Positions 36,802 through 50,430 of a DNA stretch of 64,000 bases are shown piece by piece (position 1 is the stretch's first letter; every line of letters starts with the position of its first letter). The stretch covers positions 256,134 through 320,133 of the forward strand of contig NMRA01000328.1 of NCBI GenBank assembly GCA_002633005.1. Reading direction: 5' to 3'. The notes under the pieces were generated by a model that ran no database searches, had not been told where the DNA came from, and worked only from the letters and a program-made list of their open reading frames with translations. The stretch is from Phoronis australis. Taxonomy: Eukaryota; Animalia; Phoronida. The position numbers and the translations under genes were made by a program.

Positions 36802-37885
36802 AAAGAGCAGTTCTATAGCTGATTTCTTTAGGTAACTAGCTTCTTTACTCTAAGATATGTTTTGATTTGATTAAGGGAAATACTGTGGTGCGCAACCCTG
36901 ATATTCAGGCGAATTGACGTGCAACTTTTTTACCTCATCTGTCCTGCCGTGTCATTCTGTTACACTCCAGTGACACGTTTGTAACTGATGTATAGTAAAG
37001 TTGTCTTGCGCAATATCATACAGTATACATGTAATATTTTTGAAAAAATCTTTTTCTGAAGAATTGCTATTGTAGCGGGCACCGTGGTCTGGTCGCGAGT
37101 CCGTTCTAAGATTACTCTAACAAGTTATGTCTATACAAGGAATGACCAAGGGGGCACTCACATTGACAAAGTGACCGCATTTGCGAACAGTGTACAGTAC
37201 CAGAAGTTTCGGGGAGGCTGTTCTTTCACAACAGGACTCGTGCGATGTTCAATAGGCCTCCTATTAGAAGCCCTAGTTCTGACCTCAGCACCTACCTTCT
37301 TTCTACCTGCAATAAGCACACTGCCGTCTTCTATACTGGGGATTTCCGCGAAAAGGCCCACTTGATGAAACGCTCATGCCCATGGACATTTATTTGATGT
37401 TAGTACTTCGGGTTTCAAGCGTTCAAACATTGGGATGTTTATTTCGAAAATTGCACGAGATGCAAATAGACCCTGGGATACACAATCAAAGTTTGAAGTA
37501 GTCTAGACAACAGAAGGATAGGACTAAGGATGAGAAACCACTGGGGATTAAAAAGTGTCTAGAGAGAAGTTTTCAATTCAAATTTTTTTGCATAGTACAC
37601 TTTAGCTCTTGTGACGGACCAGGCCAGCTTGATTTGTGTTGATGTTTAGTTTCAGTGTGCTTCTGGTCCCTCAGCGAACTAGTCTTGTGATTTTTTTACC
37701 AAAGTGTGCTTTGTAAAACTATTTGTTTCAGCCAGTACTGTTTGGTCCCGTGACACATAGACTATTTTTATAGGGATAATAAGCACAGGTGTACTCTTGG
37801 TCTTGTGACGGACCAGGTCAGGATTTTTGTGTACTCTCAGTGTACATCTGGTCCCTCTGCAAACTAGTCCAGTATATCTTTTCAC

Positions 37886-39334
37886 CACTGTCATGGATGA
37901 GAAACAACATGACCGCCGGTCCACCAAATGTGACCATCTCACCCAAAACAGGACCTCCGGGGATCAAATGGGACCACCGTACCAGAAAATGGGACTGACG
38001 CACCTAAAAACATGAATGACCCACCACAAAACAGGACCGCCGGGGACTGAACATGACCGCCAGACAATATGTAGTTATCAATGCCTTTGTATGATACTGC
38101 AGGTTATGACGTAATCGGTCAGCTAGCTACATGTCAAGACTATGGCCAAAATAAAGCTTGGTAGCACTGCGTTATTGAGCTCCGTTACATCCCCGAAATT
38201 TCCCACAGCCCGGGAGTTCTGCTCGTCACCTCGTCTTGAAACTTATATCAACATGTAGAGCTAGCGACCAGAGCAGGTGTATGCAAAACCTGGGAGTCAA
38301 TCAACACTCACCTTGCAGGTTGCTGTCGCTTGCCGAGTGAAAAACAGTCTAATGAACGTAATTTGTTTGCCTATTGTAACAAAAAAGTCTGTCGCACTCG
38401 TGACACGAGCTCGCATCATTTCATAAAATTTTGCGACATCTTTCGGAAGATGACTTAATTTCGAAACAGCACGATTTGTTCTGAAATTCGGTTTGCTGGT
38501 ATTTAAATACTAAAAACTCATGACGAAATGAAACCAGTTCCGATTTTTGTTGTGCCGTGTACACAGCCTCGTAGAAGAGCTTACCTTAGCATTGGGTGAA
38601 AAAAAGAACGAGATGCCCTAAAAGAGTGCATCACAATTTTAACAGCAGAATAACGACAAAACGACATTTTTTCCCGGCGAGTTCCGATAAATAATTTAGT
38701 TTACTCAGGAAGAGTGTCGTTACTAACACTAGTTTGGTGAAGATTTTACATGTTCAATGTATTACCCACATCGGCGCAAAGCTGCATATTTAGTATACAG
38801 CTTTGCCACACAGAGGCTAGTTATGATGATGCTACACCCGAGAACCAGAACGCCCGTTTTTTGTTTTTGACTAAAACGTCAAATTGGAGAAAATGATTTT
38901 CATTTTGTTCTAAAACTTACGCAGTGGTCAAAGTTATCCCTATATTTAGCTCAAAAGCGTGCAACGTGGTTGGTTTGTGGTTAAAACTCAAAAGTGTCGC
39001 GTGTTACAAAGTGGAGTGTCCTGCAGTGCACAAAAGATTTCATTGGATTAATCGGCACAAGACCTGCATATGCATACGTATATAGCTCCATTGTATGATC
39101 TGTGTAGGCCTGACGGTAATAAATCTTAGCTTGTTTGTCATTGCGGTTTCAATCCCTGGCGGTCATGTTCAGTCCCCGGCGGTCCTGTTTTGTGGTGGGG
39201 CGGTCATGTTTTTAGGTGCGTCAGCCCAATTTTCTGGTGCGGTGGTCCTATTTGATCCCCGGAGGTACTGTTTTGGGTGAGTCGGTCCGATTTAACAGGA
39301 CCGGTGGTCATGTTGTTTCTGACCCGTGACTGTG
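37886..39334. mobile_element. Non-autonomous element with about 175-bp TIRs, CAC termini, possible 3-bp TSD CAC (CACTA/EnSpm-like)
   Basis: 37886-38062 is the reverse complement of 39156-39334, with repeated GACCGCC subterminal motifs. Confidence 0.75.
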
Positions 39335-40279
39335 CACAGGATGTTTTGGTTTTGTGAAACTGTTTTCAGATGATTTGTTTCTTGATACATTTGACGTTTT
39401 TCAATTGTCAATGTGATTCAGCTTGATAAAGTGATACTTAATTATTTATCGTCGCTCTCCCAAATGTGTTTCATTTTTTGCGTTGTAATTCCTGCAATGG
39501 GTGGGGAGTCTGTTCAAGAGTACTCTCCCCTTCTTTGTTTGACTTGGCCTGGTCCTAATGTGTTTGGACTCTTCTATTCAGGTAGGCCAACACCTACCTG
39601 CACATCTATAAAAGATTTTGCATATGAATAAAGCATCAATAGTTGTGTCACAAGAGCCTCCTATTATCAGGTTTGCTGGTCTTGGGGTTTTGTTGTTGTG
39701 CAAGCTAGTCTGTTCTCGGCGTGTGCGACTTTGGTCCGCCATAAGCTAATATGAAATGAATACCATAAAATCTAACTACATAAGCCAAATAGTCACGAAT
39801 TTTTAATTTTGAAGACAAACTAGTTACTTCCAAGTTTCCCGCCAAATGATGTTATGGGTGGAAGACGTTTGGTCATTTGACAATTGCAGGGGCGGAACAC
39901 AGTAGATCAGAAGACGAGGACAGTTCTGAGCGAGAACTGTACAATTGTTAAGCAGAGACTGAGAGATATGAGAGAGGATATGGAAATCACTCAAGACTTG
40001 AAGAATCAGACAATGAATTCTATTTCCCACTTGGCGAACTTTCCTCGGCTTTGAGGCCGTATGAACTCGACCCACTTAGTGCACGAGAAATGCTGCAGAC
40101 ATATTGTGAGCCACAACCAAGAGAACCAAGGGGTGGTCAATTTTCACAAAATAGACACTTAATAATCACTGACAAGGGCCACAGTAAACCTGGGTCACTC
40201 ATATTCACTATTGCCTTGATATAACAACCTCATGGTATAAACACAATGCATAAGCCTACGTGTCGTGGCACTCACTCTG

Positions 40280-41844
40280 GGCCGGTAACTCCGGTATCAC
40301 TCAACCTTGAATGGAAGCAGTTTGCTAGTTATTTATAAAATTCGCACTTATAAGGTGGCGAGTTCGTCATCGTAACGCCGTTTTTGTGTTTGGTCAAAAC
40401 ACGATTCCTTGAAATGTGCCGAACTAAGAGTGACTCCCAACTGAATTGCATGTTCCACACTGACATTTCACACTCCTGTGCGGTGAACAAGCTAATGCCA
40501 TTTCTTAGCAAATTTAACGTATTAAAAATTTGAACACAGAGACGTCCTCGGTCAAGTTGTTGTTACTACAGCCTCCACTAATGCACCATTTCATGTCTGA
40601 AAAAGGCCGCTACTTTCCTCACAACTCCTCAGTATCGCACTGGTAAAACAACAATGGCGGAGACAGTCTTCCACCCATTACCGACCCGTGAAGTCTTCGT
40701 CGGATGAGCTCTTGACTAAGTCAGGATTGGCGCCGGGCGACTGAGTTGCCATGTAGACGTTTATTATTCTGCGTTATTTCAAAATGAATTATTCCCATCC
40801 TAACCAATGCTTATATGAAACTAAAACAAAGTCTGTCTCATTAGATACAATTTGTAATGCCTTGGAGTGCTCGTGAGTGCAAATGTTTTGAGAAGCCAGC
40901 AATGAATAAACCACTGCGTTACCGGCTTTTGATGCCGGCAACTTTACCGGGCACCGAAGCGGCGTGTGAGCGCATGCTAATTCAGTGTTAGCTGACAGAA
41001 AGCTGTTGTGAAACAATTACTCGATTTTATATGCTATTGTCACTTGTTTGGGGAATCTTTATTTAGAAATACAAATACATTATTCAAATCATTGTTACTG
41101 CACAACCGTTGCCCTGACGGCGTCTGATGAAGGGGAACCCGACTTCGCGGCCCCCGACAAGTAAGTAGATTTTCAGATTCATGGCTAATTCACATAAATA
41201 ATTACGTGTACATTATTTCTTTGGCTCACTTTTATAGTCTTTTCGTGACTGGAGGTTTAGTTTCCAACTCAAGCTGGTTTATGTACTTGCCCGGCAGTCC
41301 CGGTGGCCGCGACGGGCCTGATAGGGTTCCGAGCCACTGGCCAGGATAACAAGCGTTTTGTGTGTTTAGAACTTAAAAAATCACAAGTATAAACAACACA
41401 GATCTAGGTTCTCTCGTCAGTATTTCACGGAATAATACTTCGAATTTATCTCCGACTGACAGACCCCAAACTCCTGCTACGGACCTTGGTAAATTGACCT
41501 TCCAAACTTTGTAGGCTACGGAATGTCCAAATACCAGTAAATCCGTAACCTCGAAATAAAACAACACGTTTTTATAAGAACTCGGTGTGTTTTTAAGGGT
41601 TTTACGTCAAAGTTTAGTCATTTATTGGTGTTAAACGATTAATTAAAGCGATAAGCTGACACCACTAACCCGTGTTGTGAACTGCTGTACAGACTGCGTG
41701 TGAAACCAATTACATCATTGGATAACTTCAACACCTCCGTCTGCCGTCAGGTGTCAGATAACGCAACCGAACGTGCCGTTATTGAGTAGAACTACTCGAT
41801 CTAAATTGATACAAAATAGGTTGTTTTTTGGGTGGCATTCTCCT
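40280..41844 (-). mobile_element. Second Kolobok-like remnant with decayed THAP domain (about 40290-40594)
   Basis: Minus strand reads MKWCISGGCSN...VSVFKF...KKW...LSSAHFKESCFD across frameshifts. End GGTGGCATTCTCCT|TTAA at 41844; the other end was not found. Confidence 0.55.
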
Positions 41845-44481
41845 TTAAAACTAACAAATGCAAATACACTATTGTATATCGAGAAACACTAGACAAAGTT
41901 TAACCAAATCATGTTGAATAACTATATACAGTAGGTTTACAACGTTTCTCCACCATAAAGGTTTGTAGAAAGACATTCGAAAAATACAGCATGAGAATAA
42001 ATAGCCGAAGAAACAAAGCTAATAACTTCTAGAAGTAAGTCCTACCAAAAATGAACCTCCAAAATATGAGCACTCCTTTCTAGAGTTTGGAACTCCCAAA
42101 GTGAATCCCTTTGTTAAGGAAACTGGGCAATAATTACTTACAGGTATCTTGGATTTTGAGAACCAGTTTGGTACCCAAGTGGAAAAAACTGGTTCCCAAA
42201 ATGCAGGACCCATGTAAGTGATCATTACCAGGAATTGAATCAGAAAAGTTACCATTTTATAGGAAAACTGGTCGTGGGAAGTGACCCTTGAGAGCTGTGT
42301 ACCTCTTCTATGGCGGGAGTACCTGCCAGGGGCATTGTTCATCTTGAGTAGTTATTGATGTTTCCGTCTTTCAAGAATTGGTTGTTGTCATCTGTATTTT
42401 CATTCATTTCTATGTTTCGTCATTTTTTCTCTCAACTTCTTGTGTCTTGGATGTTTCATGTTGGTGATCTTTTCCTGTGCGACGTCAAAAAGCATTTTTC
42501 TTTATTCTAGCGTTTGTCAAACATGTAACCACCAGATCAACATGGCACCTCTTTTCCTGTTCATATCTGCTAGCATGTTCTATAGGGAGTCCCTCTATTC
42601 AGTAGTCAATCTATGAAGGCGTTCTCTCCTTTGTCTTAACACACAATCTTATTGATGGGGTTTCATGCACTTGTTCCATCAATCAATTTTTGAGCTGCTG
42701 TCTCTTAAAGCAGAAAACGATGAGTTAGGCAAATTTGCTTATTATCGTCTAGAATTAGTGCCAATTGATGGACAAGCTGCACTTTAATGCTGCTCTAGTT
42801 TTTTCATTCAGAGACAAAAGAACTGTTATAGTCGTTTTGTTCTAAAATGGTGGTTGTTCACTGGTTTTCAATCTTATCTCTTTTTTGTCATCTTTTAGGT
42901 TGGAACTACAGGCTTCGTGTACGGTGAAATGTCTCTAGTTTAGGACACAGGATAGCAGTCACGTGTAATTTTTTTCTCATTTTCCGTAAAATATATGAGC
43001 TTCCAAATTATTGCTTTTCCATCCTCAAGCTCTGTTCTGTTTGAAAAATTGTTAACATTTGTAACAATGTTAGAATCCCTTGAAAATGAAAAAAGGTCAA
43101 TTTTGGACAATTATTTTTTCTCCGAAGTTGGTGAGATATTGCACACTGCCTAATATGAAGTTTTCTTTTTGAAGGGGAAAACAACCAAAAACAGTTACCT
43201 TTAGTACAAATCCATATCGTTACTGTTGCTTGTCATGTAGTTATTATCCATCCAACAATAGAAAATGACTTATAACGCCTTGGAATTTTTTGTTTACTTG
43301 TACTGGAAGTCACTGGTCCACAGTAACTGTGCACTGATTCATGCTCAGTGAAGTGGCAGTTTGCCTACATCTAATTTCGCTCTCTGTCTTCATCAGTTGT
43401 TCTCTCTGTGTTCTAGGCATGCATGAACTGGCAGACTATCACCAGTGGTGATTACCTGTTAATGTGTTAATGTCATGCCTATCATTACATGCATCTGACT
43501 GACTGAGTCTGTTGATAGCTATATGTACATTATGTAGTATTCAGACAATTTCCTAACAAAATAAATATTGGTCAGGGTTAAAGTTAGAAGACAGGGCACT
43601 GAACAACTGACTGGAGATGGTCCCTTCCACCCCAGTTTCACCTTTTCGACTTATAGTTAACACAGAGCAAGATGATCAGTCGCAAGTTGCTGTACCTCAC
43701 AAACAGCTGACGAAAGTTGTTACCATGGTGTCAGTCCTGTTTACACACATACTTGCACTTGATCATCTCTCCGTATCAGCTGATCTGTGTCTACGTTTGT
43801 AGTGAAAACGGCACTATAAATTGCTCGACTTCAAACTACCTCATTTTTTAAGTGTATTAGGCATAGCATTGCAGCTACCAGTATTTCAAATTGTCCTAAG
43901 AAATGTCTGCACGAGACCTTGCATATGCTAAATACTGTTTTTATCTGCAACTTTTAATTTGGTCTCCTTTTAGAACCAGGCTATTAATGCCTTTGCTGGA
44001 TGATTTGGTAAATGAGTCTGTTTAATAGAATGCCAGACTTGAATATTGGTTCACTCAAGCATAAAATGGCTTTGTTCCCCATTTTGGCTGTTGACACTTG
44101 TGTTGTTTGTGAGTCTTGGGTTGGTAATCTCTCAAGTGTCTTAGAAGTTGGTGAGATTATGTGAGGTTGGTCATTTTGCATGCAGAAGTTAAGTTATTAG
44201 TTATGGTGTTGTTTGATGTTGTAGTTCATACATTGACACTGGTGATGCTATCGAGTTATGATTTTTTTTGTTCGAGTCCCATCGAGGCAGAAATCTTCAA
44301 ATTTATATTCATTAGGTCACATGATGTGGCCAATAGGTGGCATGCAGATCAGACTTAAACATGTTTTTGGTCTATATTTCTACTCTGGCTCAAGAATCTA
44401 CTTGAGCAAATCTCTGCATTTTGCAATGATTTCTTCTGATTAAAATTACTTTTATTCTATGAATTGTATAAATTCTCCAAG

Positions 44482-46868
44482 CAGGGCTCGACAAAAGGAG
44501 CTTCAAGTCGCATTTGCGACCTGAAATTTGGAAATGCGAGCTGAGATTTTTGTCAGCTCGTATCAAGTCGCAAAGTGCGACCTGGTGTTTCCAACGTATG
44601 CGAGCTGAGTTTACACTTCGCGGCAGATACCTGGCAAATATAAAGCAACTCATGTGAATCCGACCGTGATTTGGTTGTTGCCAAATCAAGTTCAAAAGAA
44701 CACTTAACAGAGAACAGTCCTCCCGAAGACTTGTAAGGATGTCGCAGGAGCATGAGATAATGCATTACCGATCTTTGATGAGTTTCATTGGCTAGCATTT
44801 TCGGCTATTTTTGCAAATTTCCAGATGTACCGAAGAAAGTTTCAGATTTGGCACAACATGTGATAAAACCTCAAAATACAGCGGTGTTTCTACTAATTCT
44901 TTAGCTATCAACTTGTCAAACTTGGTGGAAAAGCATTATAAGCTATATTTCACGTAAGATGTCCTTACTATCAAATATCCACGGCAATATTCCTGATATT
45001 GCACTGCGGCTTTGGTCGGTCTCCTTGATAGCGCGCAAGCGGTCCTGGCAAACGATCGTAACGTGGAAATGTGCGTCTCGTTTTTTTATCGCAATAGACA
45101 GTAAACATGAAAATGACAGCCCTATTAATCGCCAGATGATGGGCCACGTCTTTACTTTCACCAAAGTGGTTTTTGAGTCACCAAGAAATTCTAAAAACCC
45201 TTTACTTGTTTCTGGAGCTATGTGTGCGACATTTGAGTTGTCTGTCAAAAGTTGCCTACGTAAAATGTAGGCGATTCAAGTGCGTGAACTCGCGCGTGTG
45301 TAACACTCCAAAGCTGCTCATCAAAAGAGAACATGAGTGTCCTAAATGAAAGGTTACTGCTGGCTTGGCTCTGTTAAGCACTCGGGTGCCAAGGGTTTAT
45401 GGTTTATTTGACAATCGCAGATAGGTCAAGTCCTAGGTCTTTGTTAAGACTAGGTCTATGGACTTGGATCTCAATAGCCTCTCGTATTCTACGTTTCCAC
45501 ATAATCTGGGTGTAGACCCAATATACTAAAGTCCTTATCAGAGATCTGGTGATGTAGGTCTCTGGCATGCTATTGAACAGCAGTAAGAGGTTTAAGGTTG
45601 GGGTTGCGATGATCCTTAACCTTGGTCGATAACTCAGGCGACCCGTCTCTCCGATGTAGTCGTTGCTACACTCATCACATTTGTATTCATAAATAACACC
45701 ACACCTCTAGAGGGGGGTGACACATCTTTCACTGATGGAAGGATGGAACGGGTGGTGTTGAACAGTTTGTGAAACGACTTGATGTGGTGTTTATGGTAGA
45801 TGGTCTGAATCCTTTCAGAGACACCTCTGACAGGGAATACACACAGAGAAGTTGATGATCGAAGGGTCCGGGGGGTCACTCTGTCGTGGTCGTTCTTCGT
45901 TACTTCTATCGAACATCCAATCACGATATCCGTTGGCACATTGGTCATTTCACTTCACGAACCTCAGCTTCTCTTTTGTTGTCATCAGAAACAAGTTTCT
46001 CGGCTCTGTTGAGTAGAGTCCTTACTATTGATCGTTCATGAGACAGATGGTGATCCGATGCGAAAAATTGTATTACAACATTTCATGTTGCAGTCTTTCA
46101 ATATCTTATAGCCGCAAACACTCAGGTTAATGACTAAGCCCACTCATGTGCCTACTCACAAAGTTTAAAGTGTTTCACAGTAAGCGCTCACTACTCTACA
46201 AAGCATTCCCCTTCAACTTTTGAGAAGTTCCAATTAAGCGCCCGACAGTTCAGGCTAGCGCCTGTCAATTATTGCACTACAAACGACCGCCCGTGGTTTG
46301 ACATTGACACGCAGTCACTCTCATTTGACACAGTTTCCGAAGCTTTCATGGAAAACTAATTGTTGAGTACATAAACAGCTTAAGTCCCACATTTTGTTGT
46401 GAAATTTGCACTGACTTGTTTCCGTGAATCTGAATACATCATTCGGCTTAGGCAACGTTTCTCGGATTTTTTTTGACGATAATTTTCAAGCGTTGAGTTA
46501 AGTTGCTAAGTTTGAGTTGCAAACAGAAGTGGAGGGAGTTTGCGCTGAGAGTTGGATCTTTAACAACTTTGATGACAGTCATAATGTATCAGGTCGGACA
46601 TATTAACAAAATCATTGGATACGTTTTCAACGAGTATTTTCTCCCTTTTTGCATTGAAAACTTAGCTACTCAAATGCACATGTCAGTTAGAGAGCACTGG
46701 TTCAACTGTCATGTCGGCAACTAGCCTTGCCAATTTTGGTACATAAAAATGGTGGGAAAATATTGCGACCTGGCATTTATGAATGCCAGCTAGATTTTGA
46801 AAATATGACCTGAGATTTTGGCTTGGTCGTAAAATGCGACCTGGCGATTTTCATAGTGTCGAGCCCTG
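44482..46868. mobile_element. Non-autonomous hAT-like element, 5-bp TSD CCAAG
   Basis: CCAAG|CAGGGCTCGACA...TGTCGAGCCCTG|CCAAG; subterminal GCGACCTG repeats at both ends. Confidence 0.85.
45450..46065 (-). pseudogene. Penelope-like retroelement fragment (RT C-terminal region and GIY-YIG endonuclease)
   Basis: Minus strand HHLSHERSIVRTLLNRAEKLVSD, RGVSERIQTIY and GVIYEYKCDECSNDYIGETGR. Confidence 0.8.
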
Positions 46869-49800
46869 CCAAGGTCAATGCGCTTTCACTGAGTTCCTGC
46901 GACCGATGGCACAATATTGGGGTCTGAAAACAAACATGTTGACCAAGTCTGAAAGTCAGTATTTTATATTACGATTACATATTCCACTAAGTAATACATA
47001 TGAAAAGAACTTATGTTTGGGCTTTCTATCGTTTGTCAGTCACTCAGCTCTCAGTATTTTAAAGTCCTTCTCTCACGCGTTGTTAACCCTTATTACATGG
47101 CTAGAAGATGTTATAAGGATACAAGAAGTACCTACCCCATAACTAATACACGATTCGTACTCGAAAACAGTTTAAATGGTCGCTACTCACGATTCACACC
47201 CGAAGAGACACCGCTATTTTGAACTTGCCGCGAACCCGGAAGTACAATTCATTCAGGAACCCAGGCCGAGAAAACGCCGTCAGTGCGACTGGAGCAGTGC
47301 CTGTACTGTTACCAGCCAGCAAACAGGGATAAAAAAATCGACAGCGCGCCTTAATTTTGATAAAATCAAACTACGGAAAATTTTATGGAATTTGCTGAAG
47401 AAATGTGGCGAATAAATTTTGACAAATTATTTTGCCAGACTCGGGACCGCAGCCTATCGGACCCGGTGCGGATCGAGACCAAACACTGGCGAACGGTAAA
47501 TGCATGCGGTTGCAAGCTGTTTTGTCGAAGTAAAATGGTCAAATGATAAATGCTGCATATATTCAAGGGTAGTTTCAGACACTTGCATGAAATTACGGGC
47601 TGGTTAGTCCTGTGTCACACTGCCGCGGCAGACCTTAGTTAGCCTCAGTCACCAGCTACCAGTGAAGACTATAGTCAAAATACAGCTTGTTAGTAGGCCT
47701 ATACAGCTTTGCGCCAAGACTACCCTTAGGCCTAACTGGTGGCTGGCCACAAACACAAAAAAACACGAAAATTGAACAAAGTTTCTATTTTGTAGCAACG
47801 TTTGTCAAAATGTATCAACGTTAAATCTTCACAAATTACAAAGTAGCCGATTGAACATGCCTTTCAGTTCAGCAAAAGTCCACATTGTAGGTGCCGCCAG
47901 AAATGTGACGAAGTCCAATGGGAATGTGAGCACATTTATCTCTTAATGAGTAACAACTGCGAGGCTGAAATTTGGTGAACACTGCTAAATCGTGCAGAAT
48001 AGTAAGTAAAGATATGTCTAACTAAATTTCACCGTAATTTGTTGGCGAAAACAATTTACACAAAGTTTTAAACTCGTAACTCATCCTGCTGTCCTCCATT
48101 GGCCGACGCGATCCAAACAAAGTGACCCAAATAACTTTACAGTGCTTGCCCCGATTTTGATACTTTTTCGATTTTTACTGAGTAGAATGTACTACCTTTC
48201 GGATGATAGCAAAGTACTTTTTCAAAACGAGGAAAAAATAAAACCAAAAAAAAATTGGTTCGACCCACCTTGGTTCCTAGGTTTGACCCGCCTACGTAAG
48301 GAACTAAACACCAATGCTATTTTAACATACTAAGTACGCGTAGCACTCAAAAAAAATCAACGACCACTAACTACAAACTATAAATACAGTACATTTGCAA
48401 ACGAATCACGATATATTTCTAATGAAACAAAATAATGAAGACTTTTCGAACAAGCCATAGCACATTCAGTTAGAAGGAAAAAATGGCGGCTCTCAGGACA
48501 AGTTCCTGAACTGATGAGCCGGAAATGTGGGTACAGAAATAACCGATGACAACCGGTAATCATACGCTCAGAGAGAAGGTTCAAATACTGTTAAAAAATC
48601 GCTTTTGGCAAGAAATGCGAAAAGAATATAAAGAAAGGGTGTCGAAAATAAGAATTTATGTAGTAAGTATTTTCTGATACTGGAACCACATGGGCAGTTT
48701 GCAAGAAGGACTTTAACTAAAACTTTGTGGGGGGATTGTGAAAAGAGCTCATAGGAGATGATCGGAATATACAAATAAACAATTGATTATACTTTGGGAA
48801 ATATACAATGGTCATTTTAATGCAAAACAGTAGACAAATGTCATTTGGTTATGTTAATGTAATCGTAAACTGCGTGTAGTCACTTTCAGCATGCACACAC
48901 GAAAGTGCACCAAATGTCTTGTATTGAAAGTCAGTGAACATTTTTGTCTTGAAAACACTTTATGTTAGTGTGTTACGGGATCTTTGATTCCTTTATGCAG
49001 TTTTGCATTCATGTGGAGGTTTATATTTTATGGTTTTGTTATATGTGTCATCAGAATCCTATAAGGCTTGGGTGACATGCTGGTGGTCCAGTGGTGAAGT
49101 AGTGGCTTGCAATAAGGAAGATCCCGTGATCTAATCATCTTTAGATCTTCATTTCTTCATGAAATGTTTTTAATAAGAAATAAAATTGCGCTACTCACAG
49201 TCTTTGTCAGTAAAACAGCTCGAAGGATAATCGTGAACTTCAATTGAGGAGAGCACTGCTGATGAGTTCAAGTGCTGTTATGCCCTCTAGTAGAAATTTT
49301 GCTTTTGTCACTGTCTCAATATCTTCAGAGTTTCTTGGTGGATCTTCATGAAATTTGGTTCTATTGATGTTCCGATTTCGGTTCAGTTTCAACTATTGTG
49401 GCATCCCCTGTTAGTAGCAATTGGGCGTTTTCTTTGCGTATGCCTCAATATGTTCATGAAATTTGGCCAACGAATGGTGTAGAGACTCTTCACCAGAAAG
49501 TCGGTTCGATGACAGAATGTACCTTATATTCAACAGATTCAACCAATAAAACTACTGTTGTGTTTTGTGGCATCTACCTCTCTCTTTGTCAAACTGCTTG
49601 AAGAATAATGAATTGTGTTCAGGTGTCTTTGTATTGAGGTATCCAATTCTTTGATGGGTCATTGTGAAATTTGGCATCTGTGATGCACACGGGAGCATTA
49701 TGAAAGCTCAGCGTTGCTCTTGTATTGAGAGCATGTTGCAAAACAGCTGCTTATAGTTAACCATTTTCCAGATTGCAGGTTTTCCCTACTGTAACAGTCG

Positions 49801-50177
49801 GTTGAAGTGAACATTGGTACTCTGGTAAACTGGTTTCTTGAACATCAAATTTGCTCAGTGGTATTGACCCGGGGGGTCACTCATGCAGGCTTGTTCCAAA
49901 AATTGCTGAGAAACCCCTATTGCTGGTGCCACGTCTGTTAATTCTCACCCCCTTTTGCGTGGTAGATTTTTCTGCCTAGCCCCCTACGAAAATTCTCGAA
50001 TAGGGACGGAAAGAAAATTTAGGACCTTACTGGACCCCGCACGGGTCCCGTAAAACTTGCTGAGAAAGTACTGCCTACTGACAATTTTTGGTATTCGCCT
50101 GCAGGTACCTTGTCAATATCAGTTACCCTCAGGTATAGATCTGTAGTTGATCTATGGTTGAATCTTCTGTATTTTAG

Positions 50178-50430
50178 ATGTCCACACAAAAGTACAAGAG
50201 AACCACTTTTGAAGAGGGGGACTGTGATGATGATACTGTTAACGGTGACACCGCTGGGACTTCAAGCACAGTGCCCTCTGTTGGTTATCAGATGACAGTG
50301 AGTGCGTGGAAGCAGCGCACTCTATTGGAGAAGTTGCTACTGATAATCCTCTTCCTTCTAGTGGTTGTAGTTATTATTCTGTCAGCCATTGTTGGTATTC
50401 AGCATGTGGAAATTCAACACACACCAGCTG
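50178..50430 (+). CDS. ECE1: ECE-like exon A (cytosolic tail and transmembrane anchor)
   Basis: TTTTAG|ATG acceptor, G|GTGAGT donor, 253 nt; hydrophobic LLLIILFLLVVVVIILSAIVGI. Confidence 0.9.

Larger units (their letters stand above)
31498..39743 (+). mobile_element. Decayed BEL/Pao LTR retrotransposon with nested insertions
   Basis: LTRs 31498-31729 and 39511-39743, TSD AGTTA/AGCTA, PBS TGGTGCCGAAACCTGGGA (tRNA-Phe 3' end) at 31731, PPT at 39499. Gag LPKLQLPTFSG and CLRCLKKGH..C, RT FYVPHHPGVKE, RNase H TLPQLELLGA, integrase TGVDYAAP, SDNAKT and WWGGFWERLV. Confidence 0.93.

Noticed and set aside
24700-43000. Other AG...GT exon-like stretches (near 25120, 27038, 42899)
   Set aside because: Weak donors and no homology or phase support.
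47100-48300. Probable DNA transposon remnant
   Set aside because: Could not pair termini or find a TSD, so it is not listed as a feature.
49070-49140. A-box-like TGGTCCAGTGG suggesting a tRNA or SINE
   Set aside because: No cloverleaf or convincing B box; at most a decayed SINE head.
20356-50430. First coding exons of TPC2 and ECE are both 253 nt
   Set aside because: No sequence similarity between them; coincidence.
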